This document shows positions 18,576-27,172 of a DNA stretch of 64,000 bases, one piece after another. Source of the DNA: an uncultured Phycisphaerales bacterium (lineage in GTDB: Bacteria; Planctomycetota; B15-G4; CAYZWU01). Each line of letters opens with the position of its first letter. The stretch's first letter is position 1. A program made the position numbers and the translations under genes. The notes beneath the pieces were generated by a model. It worked only from the letters and a program-made list of their open reading frames with translations, did not search any database and had not been told where the DNA came from. The stretch covers positions 42,498 through 106,497 of the forward strand of contig CAYXGI010000009.1 in NCBI GenBank assembly GCA_964464495.1, read 5' to 3'.

Positions 18576-21071
18576 TTAGAATCGCAGCTCCAGTCCGGTT
18601 ACGCCTTCCGGGGGAACGTCGATGGCGCTTGCTCCAATCCGGCCTGAAGGAAATTCCACGGCGCACCTGTAGGTTCCCGGTTCGAGAAAGGCTTCGAATC
18701 CGCCGTCCCGATCGGTCATCAAGCTTCGAATCGTCCATTCGACATTGATGAAGCGGAGCAGGGCCAGGCCGGCTGGTTTGTCGAGGTCTCCGAAAAAGGC
18801 TTTCCCGCTCACCCTCACGCCCTGAGTCAACACAAGATCGAGAACGGCGGCCTCGTCACCCTCGAGTAATTCGAGTCCGCAAAGACGAGACGAACCAAAT
18901 CGAAGATCCCACGCAATGAGGTCATACCTGCCCTGGACGAGCCCACGGAAATGAAAGCATCCCGCTCCGTCAGTGACCGTCTCGGAAGTGAAACCCGCTC
19001 TGGGATTCTGCGAGGTGCCCGCGGCGCGCAGCGCCGTATCGACGAGGGTGACGCGAATATTTTTCAGTGGAGACCGGTTCGGATCGGCGAGCACACGTCC
19101 TTTCAATTCGATGGTCTTCCCGTAGACAAAGACGAGGTCCTCGAGATGTTCGCCTTCTTCGATACAGAACTGGCCGACGATTTTTTCGGGGAGAGACTCC
19201 TGGAGAGACCGTCCGCCGACTTCCACGACGTAATTGCCGGGGAGGAGGTTCTTGATCGAAAAAGTACGGTTGTCCGCGTGACAAGACCTGGACGCCCGCT
19301 GGTCGTCATCGCCTTGTCGCACCATGCGGACGCGGGGGATTGCGCCGGGTGGAATGTCTTCGATCCTTCCAGACACTGCCGCGGCGCGGTACGCCCTGAA
19401 TTCGATCCCGTCCGTGTCGGGAAGGACCATTCGTGGAAGGTCGTCGATCCGTTCTACAGTTCTCCGGCGGTCGGGGTCCCTCGCCCTGACCATGTGGCGC
19501 GCTCCATCCCAGAGCCCGGAGACACGAAAACAACCGTCCCCTGCAGATCGTGTGTTGAAGGGGGTGATCGACTGCCCCTGGGGCAAGGGCCAGGGAGTGA
19601 ACTCCACAACGATTCCCGGAACGGGCCTGCCTTCGAGATCGGCGATCCGACCGGTCGCGCAGAGTGCGCCTTTCTCGATAACGAACAGCTTGTCAGCGGC
19701 CTCGCCCGTTTTCACGGTGAACCAATCGGAGAGACGATTGCCGTAACCCTGCTTGTAAGCCCTCAGGCGGAATTCTCCTGCATCGAGCCGGTCGAAAGCA
19801 AAAGCGCCTGTTCTGTCGGTTTTCTGTACGGAGAGGCATTTGGGTTTTGCTTGCGAAGATCCGCCGAAAGAGAAGATTCCTTTTTTCTGACGCCCATGGA
19901 GGTTGATCAGAGCGCCTTGGACCGGCGCGTCGGTCTCATCAATGACCGTGCCCGTGATCATCGCACCGGCAGTGGCGCGGAGTACGATCCCGCTCAGAGC
20001 CTCTCCGATGTCGAGAACAATGGGCGCACTCTCCACACGACTGTGGCCGGGTACGATTGCCGCAATCGTGAGTTCGATGCCTGGGGGCACTGCCGGAATT
20101 TTGAAGTAACCCTCGCTGTCGGTCCGTGTCGAGCACTCCGCGAAAACTTCCATTCCGTCGAGAAGGACTCTCTTCCCGAGATCCTGAAAGAAACGGAAGG
20201 ATTTCGTTGCCTGAGACTCGCCGTGATAGGCCAAGACCGGCACTTCGGCAGCGCCGCCACCCCGCCCATCGAGAACTCGTCCTGAAACACTCAGGCCCGG
20301 TTCGAGGTAGAGCGTGGTTTCGAATCGATCCTCGCCGAGAGGCGTGAACAGGATCTCCGGTGCGTTGTTGAGCGAAAAGTAGAGGCTCTTTCCCCAGCGC
20401 AGGTTGCTTCTCTCCGGAGAGCGGCCGGCAGGAAGTCCGCTGAGACGAAATCGACCCTCCTCCGTTGACTCAGCTTTTCGATCGGCTCCGGTCACAGGAT
20501 CGTGGTACCTCAGCCGTACCCCCGCAATGGGGCGCTGCGTTGAGAGACCGATGACCTTTCCTTCGAGCGAAACTCCGGGTTCGAGAAGTATGAGAATCTC
20601 CCGCTCTCTTTCATCGAGAGTCAGCTTCGCGCTTGCGCGGCCGTCAGCATATCCTTCCCCCAGAGCGCGCACCTCGTAGGAGCCCGCCGGGAGCGATGCG
20701 AACAAGACCTTGCCGCTCTTGTCGGTCGTCGATTCGAGAGTTTCGCTCACCCCCAGAAGGATCACGCGGACCTCGTCCAGAGGTCTGCCTGAAGGCCCTT
20801 CTCGGATGAGCACCCACAGGGAATTGCCGGTCGCCCCTGTCGCGCCAGGCAGCCCGATACGCTCCCGTCCGCGGACAGCCTCGTCTGGCTCCTCGTCGAG
20901 CAATGGGGCGGAATCCGCCTCGCACGCATCGCGTGCGCCCGAAGCGGATTCCAGAGATTTGTCGATCGATGACCCTATGTCCGGATTATCCCGGAAGAGA
21001 ACCCACCAGCCGGCAATCAGAATCAATGCGGCCAGTACTGCTCCAAGAAGGATCGCACACCATCTTTTCAT
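18576..21071 (-). CDS. membrane-anchored protein with multiple carboxypeptidase-regulatory-like (CarboxypepD_reg / transthyretin-like) domains
   Basis: 831 aa. N-terminal TM segment AILLGAVLAALILIAGWWVLF. Repeated ~80 aa units of the form G.V.D..G.P..GA.V....T..DG.F....L..G.Y.L (e.g. VRVILLGVSETLESTTDKSGKVLFASLPAGSYEVRALGEGYA). Confidence 0.8.
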   Translation of the reverse strand: MKRWCAILLGAVLAALILIAGWWVLFRDNPDIGSSIDKSLESASGARDACEADSAPLLDEEPDEAVRGRERIGLPGATGATGNSLWVLIREGPSGRPLDEVRVILLGVSETLESTTDKSGKVLFASLPAGSYEVRALGEGYADGRASAKLTLDEREREILILLEPGVSLEGKVIGLSTQRPIAGVRLRYHDPVTGADRKAESTEEGRFRLSGLPAGRSPERSNLRWGKSLYFSLNNAPEILFTPLGEDRFETTLYLEPGLSVSGRVLDGRGGGAAEVPVLAYHGESQATKSFRFFQDLGKRVLLDGMEVFAECSTRTDSEGYFKIPAVPPGIELTIAAIVPGHSRVESAPIVLDIGEALSGIVLRATAGAMITGTVIDETDAPVQGALINLHGRQKKGIFSFGGSSQAKPKCLSVQKTDRTGAFAFDRLDAGEFRLRAYKQGYGNRLSDWFTVKTGEAADKLFVIEKGALCATGRIADLEGRPVPGIVVEFTPWPLPQGQSITPFNTRSAGDGCFRVSGLWDGARHMVRARDPDRRRTVERIDDLPRMVLPDTDGIEFRAYRAAAVSGRIEDIPPGAIPRVRMVRQGDDDQRASRSCHADNRTFSIKNLLPGNYVVEVGGRSLQESLPEKIVGQFCIEEGEHLEDLVFVYGKTIELKGRVLADPNRSPLKNIRVTLVDTALRAAGTSQNPRAGFTSETVTDGAGCFHFRGLVQGRYDLIAWDLRFGSSRLCGLELLEGDEAAVLDLVLTQGVRVSGKAFFGDLDKPAGLALLRFINVEWTIRSLMTDRDGGFEAFLEPGTYRCAVEFPSGRIGASAIDVPPEGVTGLELRF

Positions 21072-21603
21072 AGTAATTCCTCAGTCCAACGCGGTGCGGC
21101 TCGATCGATGCGAGCCGACCCAACCAGAGAAGAATGGGAGAAGCCTTTTGCCTCTCCGGTTCGTATCTTTGCACGAACCATTTAAGGGAGAAGAAATTCA
21201 GAACTCCCTTCCAGAAGGTGGAAGGCTTGGTGATCCCCGTGGACGGTCCTGTTTCTCCATTGATGATTACCGACACAACATACTCCGTACCGGGATCGTC
21301 ACCGCCTGTCCCGGGATATCCCACCTCGTCGCCCGAGTCCTCGCCGGGCCAGTTCCCGTCGCCGTCCGTATCGTTTGGCGGATCACCATTGGGCGGTTCC
21401 TGGTTCCACTCGGGCATCTGGGTCACGATCACCTCGATCGGTACGTTGGCCGGTGCGCCCGTAATGTGAATGTTGAGGACCTGTGGATTCCCTAACCAGC
21501 GATGATGGATTACCACACCATCGGCCTGAGCCATGGCTGCCGTGCCGGCCAGAAAAACGACCGCCAGCGCGCAAAGACAGACAAGATATTTTGTAGCATT
21601 CAT
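20986..21603 (-). CDS. small secreted Asp/Gly/Pro-rich protein (hypothetical)
   Basis: Signal peptide MNATKYLVCLCALAVVFLAGTAAMAQA. Acidic DTDGDGNWPGEDSGDE tract. The 3' end overlaps the start of the 18576..21071 gene by ~85 bp, so the true stop/extent is uncertain. Confidence 0.4.
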   Translation of the reverse strand: MNATKYLVCLCALAVVFLAGTAAMAQADGVVIHHRWLGNPQVLNIHITGAPANVPIEVIVTQMPEWNQEPPNGDPPNDTDGDGNWPGEDSGDEVGYPGTGGDDPGTEYVVSVIINGETGPSTGITKPSTFWKGVLNFFSLKWFVQRYEPERQKASPILLWLGRLASIEPHRVGLRNYYEKMVCDPSWSSTGRIDSDCRLVGSLPG

Positions 21604-22097
21604 TTCCCTTCCTCCCAAAAAAATAAAATAAGAACGCGATCCCGAACAACCGGTCCGGATGCAATTGGGGACGGAACCGTCAGGAGATGGTTACGGAAAG
21701 AAAAATATGCTCACACCGACGACGAAAACCAACGGGAAGGGATGACTGGGGGGCTGTCGGACTTATGAATGGGAAGAGTTTACTCTCGCAAAGGCGCCGA
21801 GGTCGCCAAGAATACTTCAATGTGAATTTGGGGTTTTGGATATACCTGCCGTCGGTGCTGTTTTTGATCGGGCGTCCGTTAGGAGGGCTTGCCAAAGGCA
21901 ATGCCGAATGGGGGTCGGTCCGCCTGGCGTACATTGTGAAAAGGCTGTGTCGTCCGAAGATGGGGTGACCACAGAGAAGGGTGAAACGAAATCGAAGGAG
22001 TCTATCAGACTCGAGATTCGACTGTAAGGCCCGCGCGGTCGGAGGTGGTGCCACCTCCGACCTGAGACCTTCCTTTTCGGATGGCCAAGACAGATTC

Positions 22098-23129
22098 TTA
22101 GAGACTGCGGGTGCTCATGGTGAGCGCCATGAGGGCCTTGGCCGTGTGGAGGCGGTTCTCGGCCTCGTCGTAGATGAGCGACGCGGGGCTGTCGACAACG
22201 TCGTCGTCCACCTCGCGTCCCCGATCGACCGGCATGGAGTGCATCAACCGCGCATCGTCTGCGGCGAGACCGATCGTCTTCGCCGTGCAGCGCCAGTCCC
22301 TGTACTTTGCGAGATTGGCAGCCATGACCCTGCGCTGCTCGTCGTTGTCCTTGTAGATGTTGAAAGAGGCGAAGCCGCCCCAGTTCTTGGGGATCACCAC
22401 CCGAGCGCCCTCGGAAGCCGCGTCCATGTCGTTCACGAAGGTGAGCGACCCGTCATTCTCCGCGGCATGATCCTGCGCCTTGCGCGTGACCTCGGCCGAG
22501 AGGGGGAATTCCTCGGGAGCGGCCACGGTGATGTTCATTCCGTAGCGGGCGAAGAGCGATATCTGCGTGTGGGGAACGGAGAGCGGTTTGGGAGGCGTCG
22601 CGGCATAGGCCCAGGAGATCGTGACCTCGAGTCCCCTCAGGCTTTCGCCGAAGGTCTCCTGCAAGGTCATCAGGTCAGCCACGCCCTGCATGGGGTGGTA
22701 GAGATCGCTCTGCAGGTTGAAGACCGGAATCGACGCACACCGGGCAAGTTCCTCCAGGTAGCTGTGGCCCATGCCGTAGAAATAGTTCCGGCAGGCAATG
22801 GCGTGCCCCATGCGCGAGAGAACCTCGGCCGTGTCCTTGGCGTTCTCGCCGTGAAAGAGCTGGATCATCTCCGGTGCGAGATCGTGGGCGTGGCCGCCGA
22901 GCTGAGTGATTCCGGCGCTGATCGAGGAGCGCGTGCGCGTCGACTGCTCGAAGAAGATGTTGAAGATGCTCTTGTCCTGGAGGAAGCGGTGGGGGATTCC
23001 CGAGTGAAACATCTTCTTGAGATTCTTGGCCGTCTTCAGAAGAGTGTCGAGCTCCTCGCGCGTCCAGTCCTCGCAGGAGATGAAATCTTTTCCTTTGAGC
23101 TGCTGTTCTGCCATGACTTCTATCCTCAC
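22098..23129 (-). CDS. aspartate/ornithine carbamoyltransferase family protein (atypical; substrate unassigned)
   Basis: STRTR carbamoyl-phosphate binding motif (FNIFFEQSTRTRSS). A C-terminal HSMP motif replaces the canonical HCLP of ornithine carbamoyltransferase. 343 aa. An alternative start lies at 23114. Confidence 0.75.
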   Translation of the reverse strand: MRIEVMAEQQLKGKDFISCEDWTREELDTLLKTAKNLKKMFHSGIPHRFLQDKSIFNIFFEQSTRTRSSISAGITQLGGHAHDLAPEMIQLFHGENAKDTAEVLSRMGHAIACRNYFYGMGHSYLEELARCASIPVFNLQSDLYHPMQGVADLMTLQETFGESLRGLEVTISWAYAATPPKPLSVPHTQISLFARYGMNITVAAPEEFPLSAEVTRKAQDHAAENDGSLTFVNDMDAASEGARVVIPKNWGGFASFNIYKDNDEQRRVMAANLAKYRDWRCTAKTIGLAADDARLMHSMPVDRGREVDDDVVDSPASLIYDEAENRLHTAKALMALTMSTRSL

Positions 23130-23243
23130 TCAAAAATCGTCAGCCCATTCACAGACCATATCATGAGGAATGAAACAGGGCGAGCGCAAGCTAGAATCGT
23201 GCTGTTGGAAGATGTTTGGTAGGTAGGGGTGGTGCGCCGGTGT

Positions 23244-23801
23244 CTAGTTAAGACAGTCCGATTTCCAGCAGCTTCCCTCTCCGAGGTAGTAACTGAGGCG
23301 CGACGCACCGTCATGCCTCACGCGGCCCGAAAAGCGTATTCCGTCGTCAAGATCAGCATCGATGCATTCTAAAGCACCCTTGGGAAAGGCGCCCTCGACC
23401 TCGAGGTAAACCTCATTGCCTGAAACGAAGTCGAAGTCGAACACCGCGCAGCTGCCGCGCTCGTAATTGTAGGTTCCGCCCCAGGGACAGGCCGCGGGCC
23501 ACGCATCGAGATAGGGCCCTTTCCAGGCAGTGCAGAAGTCGACGGGGACAGCTTGATTCGACCGAAGGCCAGGATCGACGCCCGCGGCGACATCGTCGGG
23601 AAAGACTTCGAGATCAGCGCTCGCCGCCTTGACGGCGGTCCTGATCGCGGTCAGATCCTCTTCGATCGTGCGGATCTTGGTGTTCATCACGTACATGCTG
23701 ATGGGGGGGGCGACGATCGCGCTCAAGATCGCGATGCACGAAAGGACGACAATCAGTTCGATCGCCGAGAAACCTCTCTTGCTCGTGTCATCTCTGTTCA
23801 T
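23244..23801 (-). CDS. prepilin-type N-terminal cleavage/methylation domain protein (GspG-like pseudopilin paralog)
   Basis: Leader MNRDDTSKRG then FSAIELIVVLSCIAILSAIVAP (class III signal peptide: G|F...E+5 hydrophobic helix). 185 aa. Confidence 0.8.
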   Translation of the reverse strand: MNRDDTSKRGFSAIELIVVLSCIAILSAIVAPPISMYVMNTKIRTIEEDLTAIRTAVKAASADLEVFPDDVAAGVDPGLRSNQAVPVDFCTAWKGPYLDAWPAACPWGGTYNYERGSCAVFDFDFVSGNEVYLEVEGAFPKGALECIDADLDDGIRFSGRVRHDGASRLSYYLGEGSCWKSDCLN

Positions 23802-23942
23802 TTTTTTCCCTCCGGGAGACGGAGTTCTTTCGAGAACGATTGATTTTGTCTCGACGTTTCATTTATCGGAAATGTGCCGTATGAAACTTGACCCGAAGAT
23901 GGGCGAAAGAGAGGCCGCTTTAAGGCGTTTATTCTTAGGTGG

Positions 23943-24839
23943 TTATAGAACCAAGGATTGCAGCGCCTCAGTCAGGTTCTCCTCGCGGAAGTCGAATCCG
24001 GAACGCCGCAGTGCTGCCGGTTCGACGCGAGCGCCGGCCAAAAGGAGTTCGTCCGCCATCTGGCCGAGGAGAAGGCGTACGATCGGCGCGGGCATCGGCA
24101 AGAAGGTCGGCCGCTTGAGAACCGCACCGAGTGTTCTGGTGAATTCCCTGTTCGTGACCGGTCGGGGCGCCACAGCGTTGAGCGGACCGGCGAGGCTGTC
24201 TGTTTCGATGCAGTGGACACAGGCGCTCAGGAGGTCGTCGAGAACGATCCAGCTCATGTACTGATGACCCTTTCCGAGTCTGCCGCCGAGGCCGAGCCGG
24301 AAGGGGAGCAACATCCTCGACAGAGCGCCCCCCGAGCGGCTCAACACGACGCCGATGCGGAAATTCACCGTTCGGATGCCTGCCTGGCGCGCTGGTTCGG
24401 TAGCCTTCTCCCACTCCTGGCAGAGGTCTGCGAGGAATCCGCTCCCCGCGGTGCTTGACTCGTGTAGGAGCTCATTGCCCCTGTTTCCGTAGTAGCCGAT
24501 GGCCGAGGCGGAGACGAATACCCGCGGAGGGGGATCGAGCGCGGCCAGAGACTTGGAGAGAAGTCTCGTGCCGTCGATGCGGCTGCGCCTGATGCGCGTC
24601 CTGCGCGCGGTGGTCCATCTTCCCGAGGCGATGTTTTCGCCCGCGAGGTGGACGACCGCGTCAAGCCGCCCGCAGGGCGAGAGGTCGATCTCTCCTTCCG
24701 ACGGGGACCAGAACGCCTCGCGCCCGGGAGCCCGAGGCGGATCTCGAACGAGTCGGACGACCTCGTTGCGCGCTTTCTCGAGGCGGTCGACGAGCGCCGA
24801 CCCGATCAATCCGTGAGAACCGGTGACAAGGATCTTCAT
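23943..24839 (-). CDS. TIGR01777/YfcH-like NAD-dependent epimerase/dehydratase family protein
   Basis: MKILVTGSHGLIGSALV Rossmann N-terminus and a C-terminal DUF1731-like region. Start at the internal Met (ATG 24839). Confidence 0.8.
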   Translation of the reverse strand: MKILVTGSHGLIGSALVDRLEKARNEVVRLVRDPPRAPGREAFWSPSEGEIDLSPCGRLDAVVHLAGENIASGRWTTARRTRIRRSRIDGTRLLSKSLAALDPPPRVFVSASAIGYYGNRGNELLHESSTAGSGFLADLCQEWEKATEPARQAGIRTVNFRIGVVLSRSGGALSRMLLPFRLGLGGRLGKGHQYMSWIVLDDLLSACVHCIETDSLAGPLNAVAPRPVTNREFTRTLGAVLKRPTFLPMPAPIVRLLLGQMADELLLAGARVEPAALRRSGFDFREENLTEALQSLVL

Positions 24840-24934
24840 TGGCACTCTCCCGCGCTGGGCCGAAAAGGACCGATGAATCTTAGAATAGACTGCATCGGAC
24901 TGCAACCGGTCGCGGAGTCAGAGCAGGCCGGAAC

Positions 24935-24985
24935 AAAAAAAGCCATCTCCTTCCGTACGAGGAAAGAGATGGCCTGATTTGTTTA
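24935..24985 (-). terminator. intrinsic terminator downstream of pseudopilin gene 25017..25556
   Basis: Minus-strand RNA reads GGCCAUCUCUUUCCUCGUACGGAAGGAGAUGGC then UUUUUUU. The + strand has an A7 run, so it may act in both directions. Confidence 0.6.
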
Positions 24986-25016
24986 GGTGGGACGTCGAGA
25001 TGGTCCGCGAAGGAAA

Positions 25017-25556
25017 CTACCAGCGCGGGCCTTCGCCGCAATAATAGTACAGGGTCGTCGAATTGTTGTGCCTGATCATTCCGGCGTTCCGTTTGCCGTC
25101 GTCGAGTTCCCTGTCGACGCGTTCCAGGATGGCACGAGTGAAGCTGTTCCTGGCAATCATGTAGACCTCGTTGCCGGCTGTTCCATCGAGATTGAACGCG
25201 GTATAAGCTCCATACTGATAGTCATAGGTTCCGCCCCAGGGGTGGCTGGTCGGCCATCTTTCCATGTAGGGGCCTTCCCATTTGGTCGCGTAAGCGGCCG
25301 GGATTCCCGTTTTGGTCATGAACTTGGGATCGACGTTGTTTGCCACTTCCCTCGGAAAGACGCCGAGATCGGAGTACAATGCCGTGACCGCCGTCTTGAA
25401 TGATTTGAGCTCGTTTTCAAGACGGCTGATCTTCGATTTCTCCACCAGCTTGGTGACCTGGGGCGCAACGATGGCCGCCAGAATCGACAAGACCGAGACC
25501 ACGATGACCAGCTCGATGAGAGAGAAACCTTTCACACTTTTACCATTCCGTGCCAT
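25017..25556 (-). CDS. prepilin-type N-terminal cleavage/methylation domain protein (GspG-like pseudopilin paralog)
   Basis: Leader MARNGKSVKG then FSLIELVIVVSVLSILAAIVAP. The C-terminal region is paralogous to 23244..23801 (WxGPY...PWGGTYxY...GNEVY). Start at ATG 25556 gives a 10-aa leader like its paralog. Confidence 0.8.
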   Translation of the reverse strand: MARNGKSVKGFSLIELVIVVSVLSILAAIVAPQVTKLVEKSKISRLENELKSFKTAVTALYSDLGVFPREVANNVDPKFMTKTGIPAAYATKWEGPYMERWPTSHPWGGTYDYQYGAYTAFNLDGTAGNEVYMIARNSFTRAILERVDRELDDGKRNAGMIRHNNSTTLYYYCGEGPRW

Positions 25557-25768
25557 TAACCATTCCTCCATAGAATCGAAAAGAGACATAGGTGAGCACC
25601 CAGGTTTTTCGTTCGATATTCCTCTCTTTCGATCGAATCATGAAAGTACTTGAATGAAATATTTGATCGTTCCCTTTCGTGGGTCCGTGAAATCGAGACT
25701 GTGGCAAAGTTTTATTTTGTAAGGTATTAACCTTATTCTTCCGCGCGTGAAATGTTCCGGGTTAAGGG

Positions 25769-27172
25769 TCAGGGAAATATCTTTCCAGGGTTCAGGATCC
25801 CCTCGGGATCGAAGGCCGCACGCACTCTGCGCATCACATCGACCTGGGGAGGATCGAGAGCCGCGGCGAGGTGCTCTTTTCGCGTGGCGCCGATTCCGTG
25901 TTCGCCCGAGATCATCCCACCGAGCGAGAGAGCGAGCGCGTAGATGTCCTGATCGACGAGGGGGACGATCGAGCCCCAGGCCTCATCGTCGAGGCTTTCC
26001 TTGAGCACGTTGACATGTACGTTGCCATCGCCGGCGTGTCCGTAGCTGATGATGCGGACAGCGTGCTTCTCGGCGATATTCCTGACGCCGGCGAGCAGAA
26101 CGGGGATCTCGGAGCGGGGGACGACCACGTCCTCCATGTGAATGACGGGGCTCTGGTTCCGCACTGCGTCGAGCAGCTGGCGGCGCGCCGACCAGAGCCT
26201 TTCGCGCGTGGGCCTGTCCTGGGCGACGAGAAGATCGACGGCGCCCTTCGTCAGGCAGATGGCGCCCACCCTTTCCGCGTCGGCTTCGACCTGGTCGCGC
26301 TCGTTTCCGTCGAGCTGGATCAGCAGATGGGCCGCCGCCCCGCTGAAGGGGAGCTTTTTGTCGAGCAGCTTCTCGCAGGCCTCGATGCTGTCCCTTTCCA
26401 TGAACTCGATCGTCGTTGGAACGAGTCGGCTCCTGATGATTTCGGCCACCGTTTCGGCGGCGGTCCCGATGTCGCTGAAAGGAACGAGGAGATCAACGCG
26501 CGCCGCGGGGAGCGGCAGGAGGCGAAGAATGATGCGTGTCACCACGGCGAGCGTTCCCTCTGACCCGACGAGGAGCTGGACCAGGTTGTAGCCGGTGACA
26601 TTCTTGACCAGCTTGCCGCCGGCCGAGACGATGTCGCCCGTGGGGAGCACCGCCTCGAGGCCGCACACATAATCGGACGTCACACCGTACTTGACCGCCC
26701 TTGGACCGCCCGAATTCTCGGCGATGTTGCCGCCGATCGAGCAGGAATCGAGGCTCGCCGGGTCGGGGGGATAGAAGAGCCCCTCGGCTTCGACGGCGCG
26801 GTGCAGGTCGCCGGTGATGACACCCGGTTCGACGACAGCCATCAGATTGTGTGTGTCGATCTCCAGAATGCGGTTCATCTTTTCGAGGGAGAGAACGATG
26901 CCGCCCGCGAGGGGCACGGCGCCACCGCTCAGCCCCGTTCCGGCGCCCCGCGGTGTGACCGGTATCTTCTCCCTGCAGGCGAGTTGCATGATGCGTGCGA
27001 TCTGCTGCGCGGTGGACGGTTTGACCACCGCCTCGGGAAAGGCGGAGAGGCCAACCACCTCGTCGTGTGAATAGGGCTCGCGGTCCTCTTCGGAAACCAG
27101 GACATTCGCTCTGCCCACGATCTGCTTCAACTCATCCAGATCGCGGTCATCGATTTTTTTGTACATCACCAT
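25769..27172 (-). CDS. FAD-binding oxidoreductase (GlcD / D-lactate dehydrogenase-like, FAD-linked oxidase family)
   Basis: 467 aa with FAD-binding PCMH domain (VVKPSTAQQIARIMQLACREKIPVTPRGAGTGLSGGAVP) and a C-terminal FAD-oxidase_C region. Confidence 0.85.
   Translation of the reverse strand: MVMYKKIDDRDLDELKQIVGRANVLVSEEDREPYSHDEVVGLSAFPEAVVKPSTAQQIARIMQLACREKIPVTPRGAGTGLSGGAVPLAGGIVLSLEKMNRILEIDTHNLMAVVEPGVITGDLHRAVEAEGLFYPPDPASLDSCSIGGNIAENSGGPRAVKYGVTSDYVCGLEAVLPTGDIVSAGGKLVKNVTGYNLVQLLVGSEGTLAVVTRIILRLLPLPAARVDLLVPFSDIGTAAETVAEIIRSRLVPTTIEFMERDSIEACEKLLDKKLPFSGAAAHLLIQLDGNERDQVEADAERVGAICLTKGAVDLLVAQDRPTRERLWSARRQLLDAVRNQSPVIHMEDVVVPRSEIPVLLAGVRNIAEKHAVRIISYGHAGDGNVHVNVLKESLDDEAWGSIVPLVDQDIYALALSLGGMISGEHGIGATRKEHLAAALDPPQVDVMRRVRAAFDPEGILNPGKIFP

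Noticed and set aside
21687-22062. Possible small + strand gene (93 aa, one hydrophobic helix LGFWIYLPSVLFLIGRPLGGLA) followed by a perfect 10-bp hairpin TCGGAGGTGG-tg-CCACCTCCGA
   Set aside because: There is no convincing RBS and only a weak U-tract after the hairpin. The region is more simply the 3' UTR of the carbamoyltransferase gene and the promoter region of the small secreted gene. It needs transcript data before being called.
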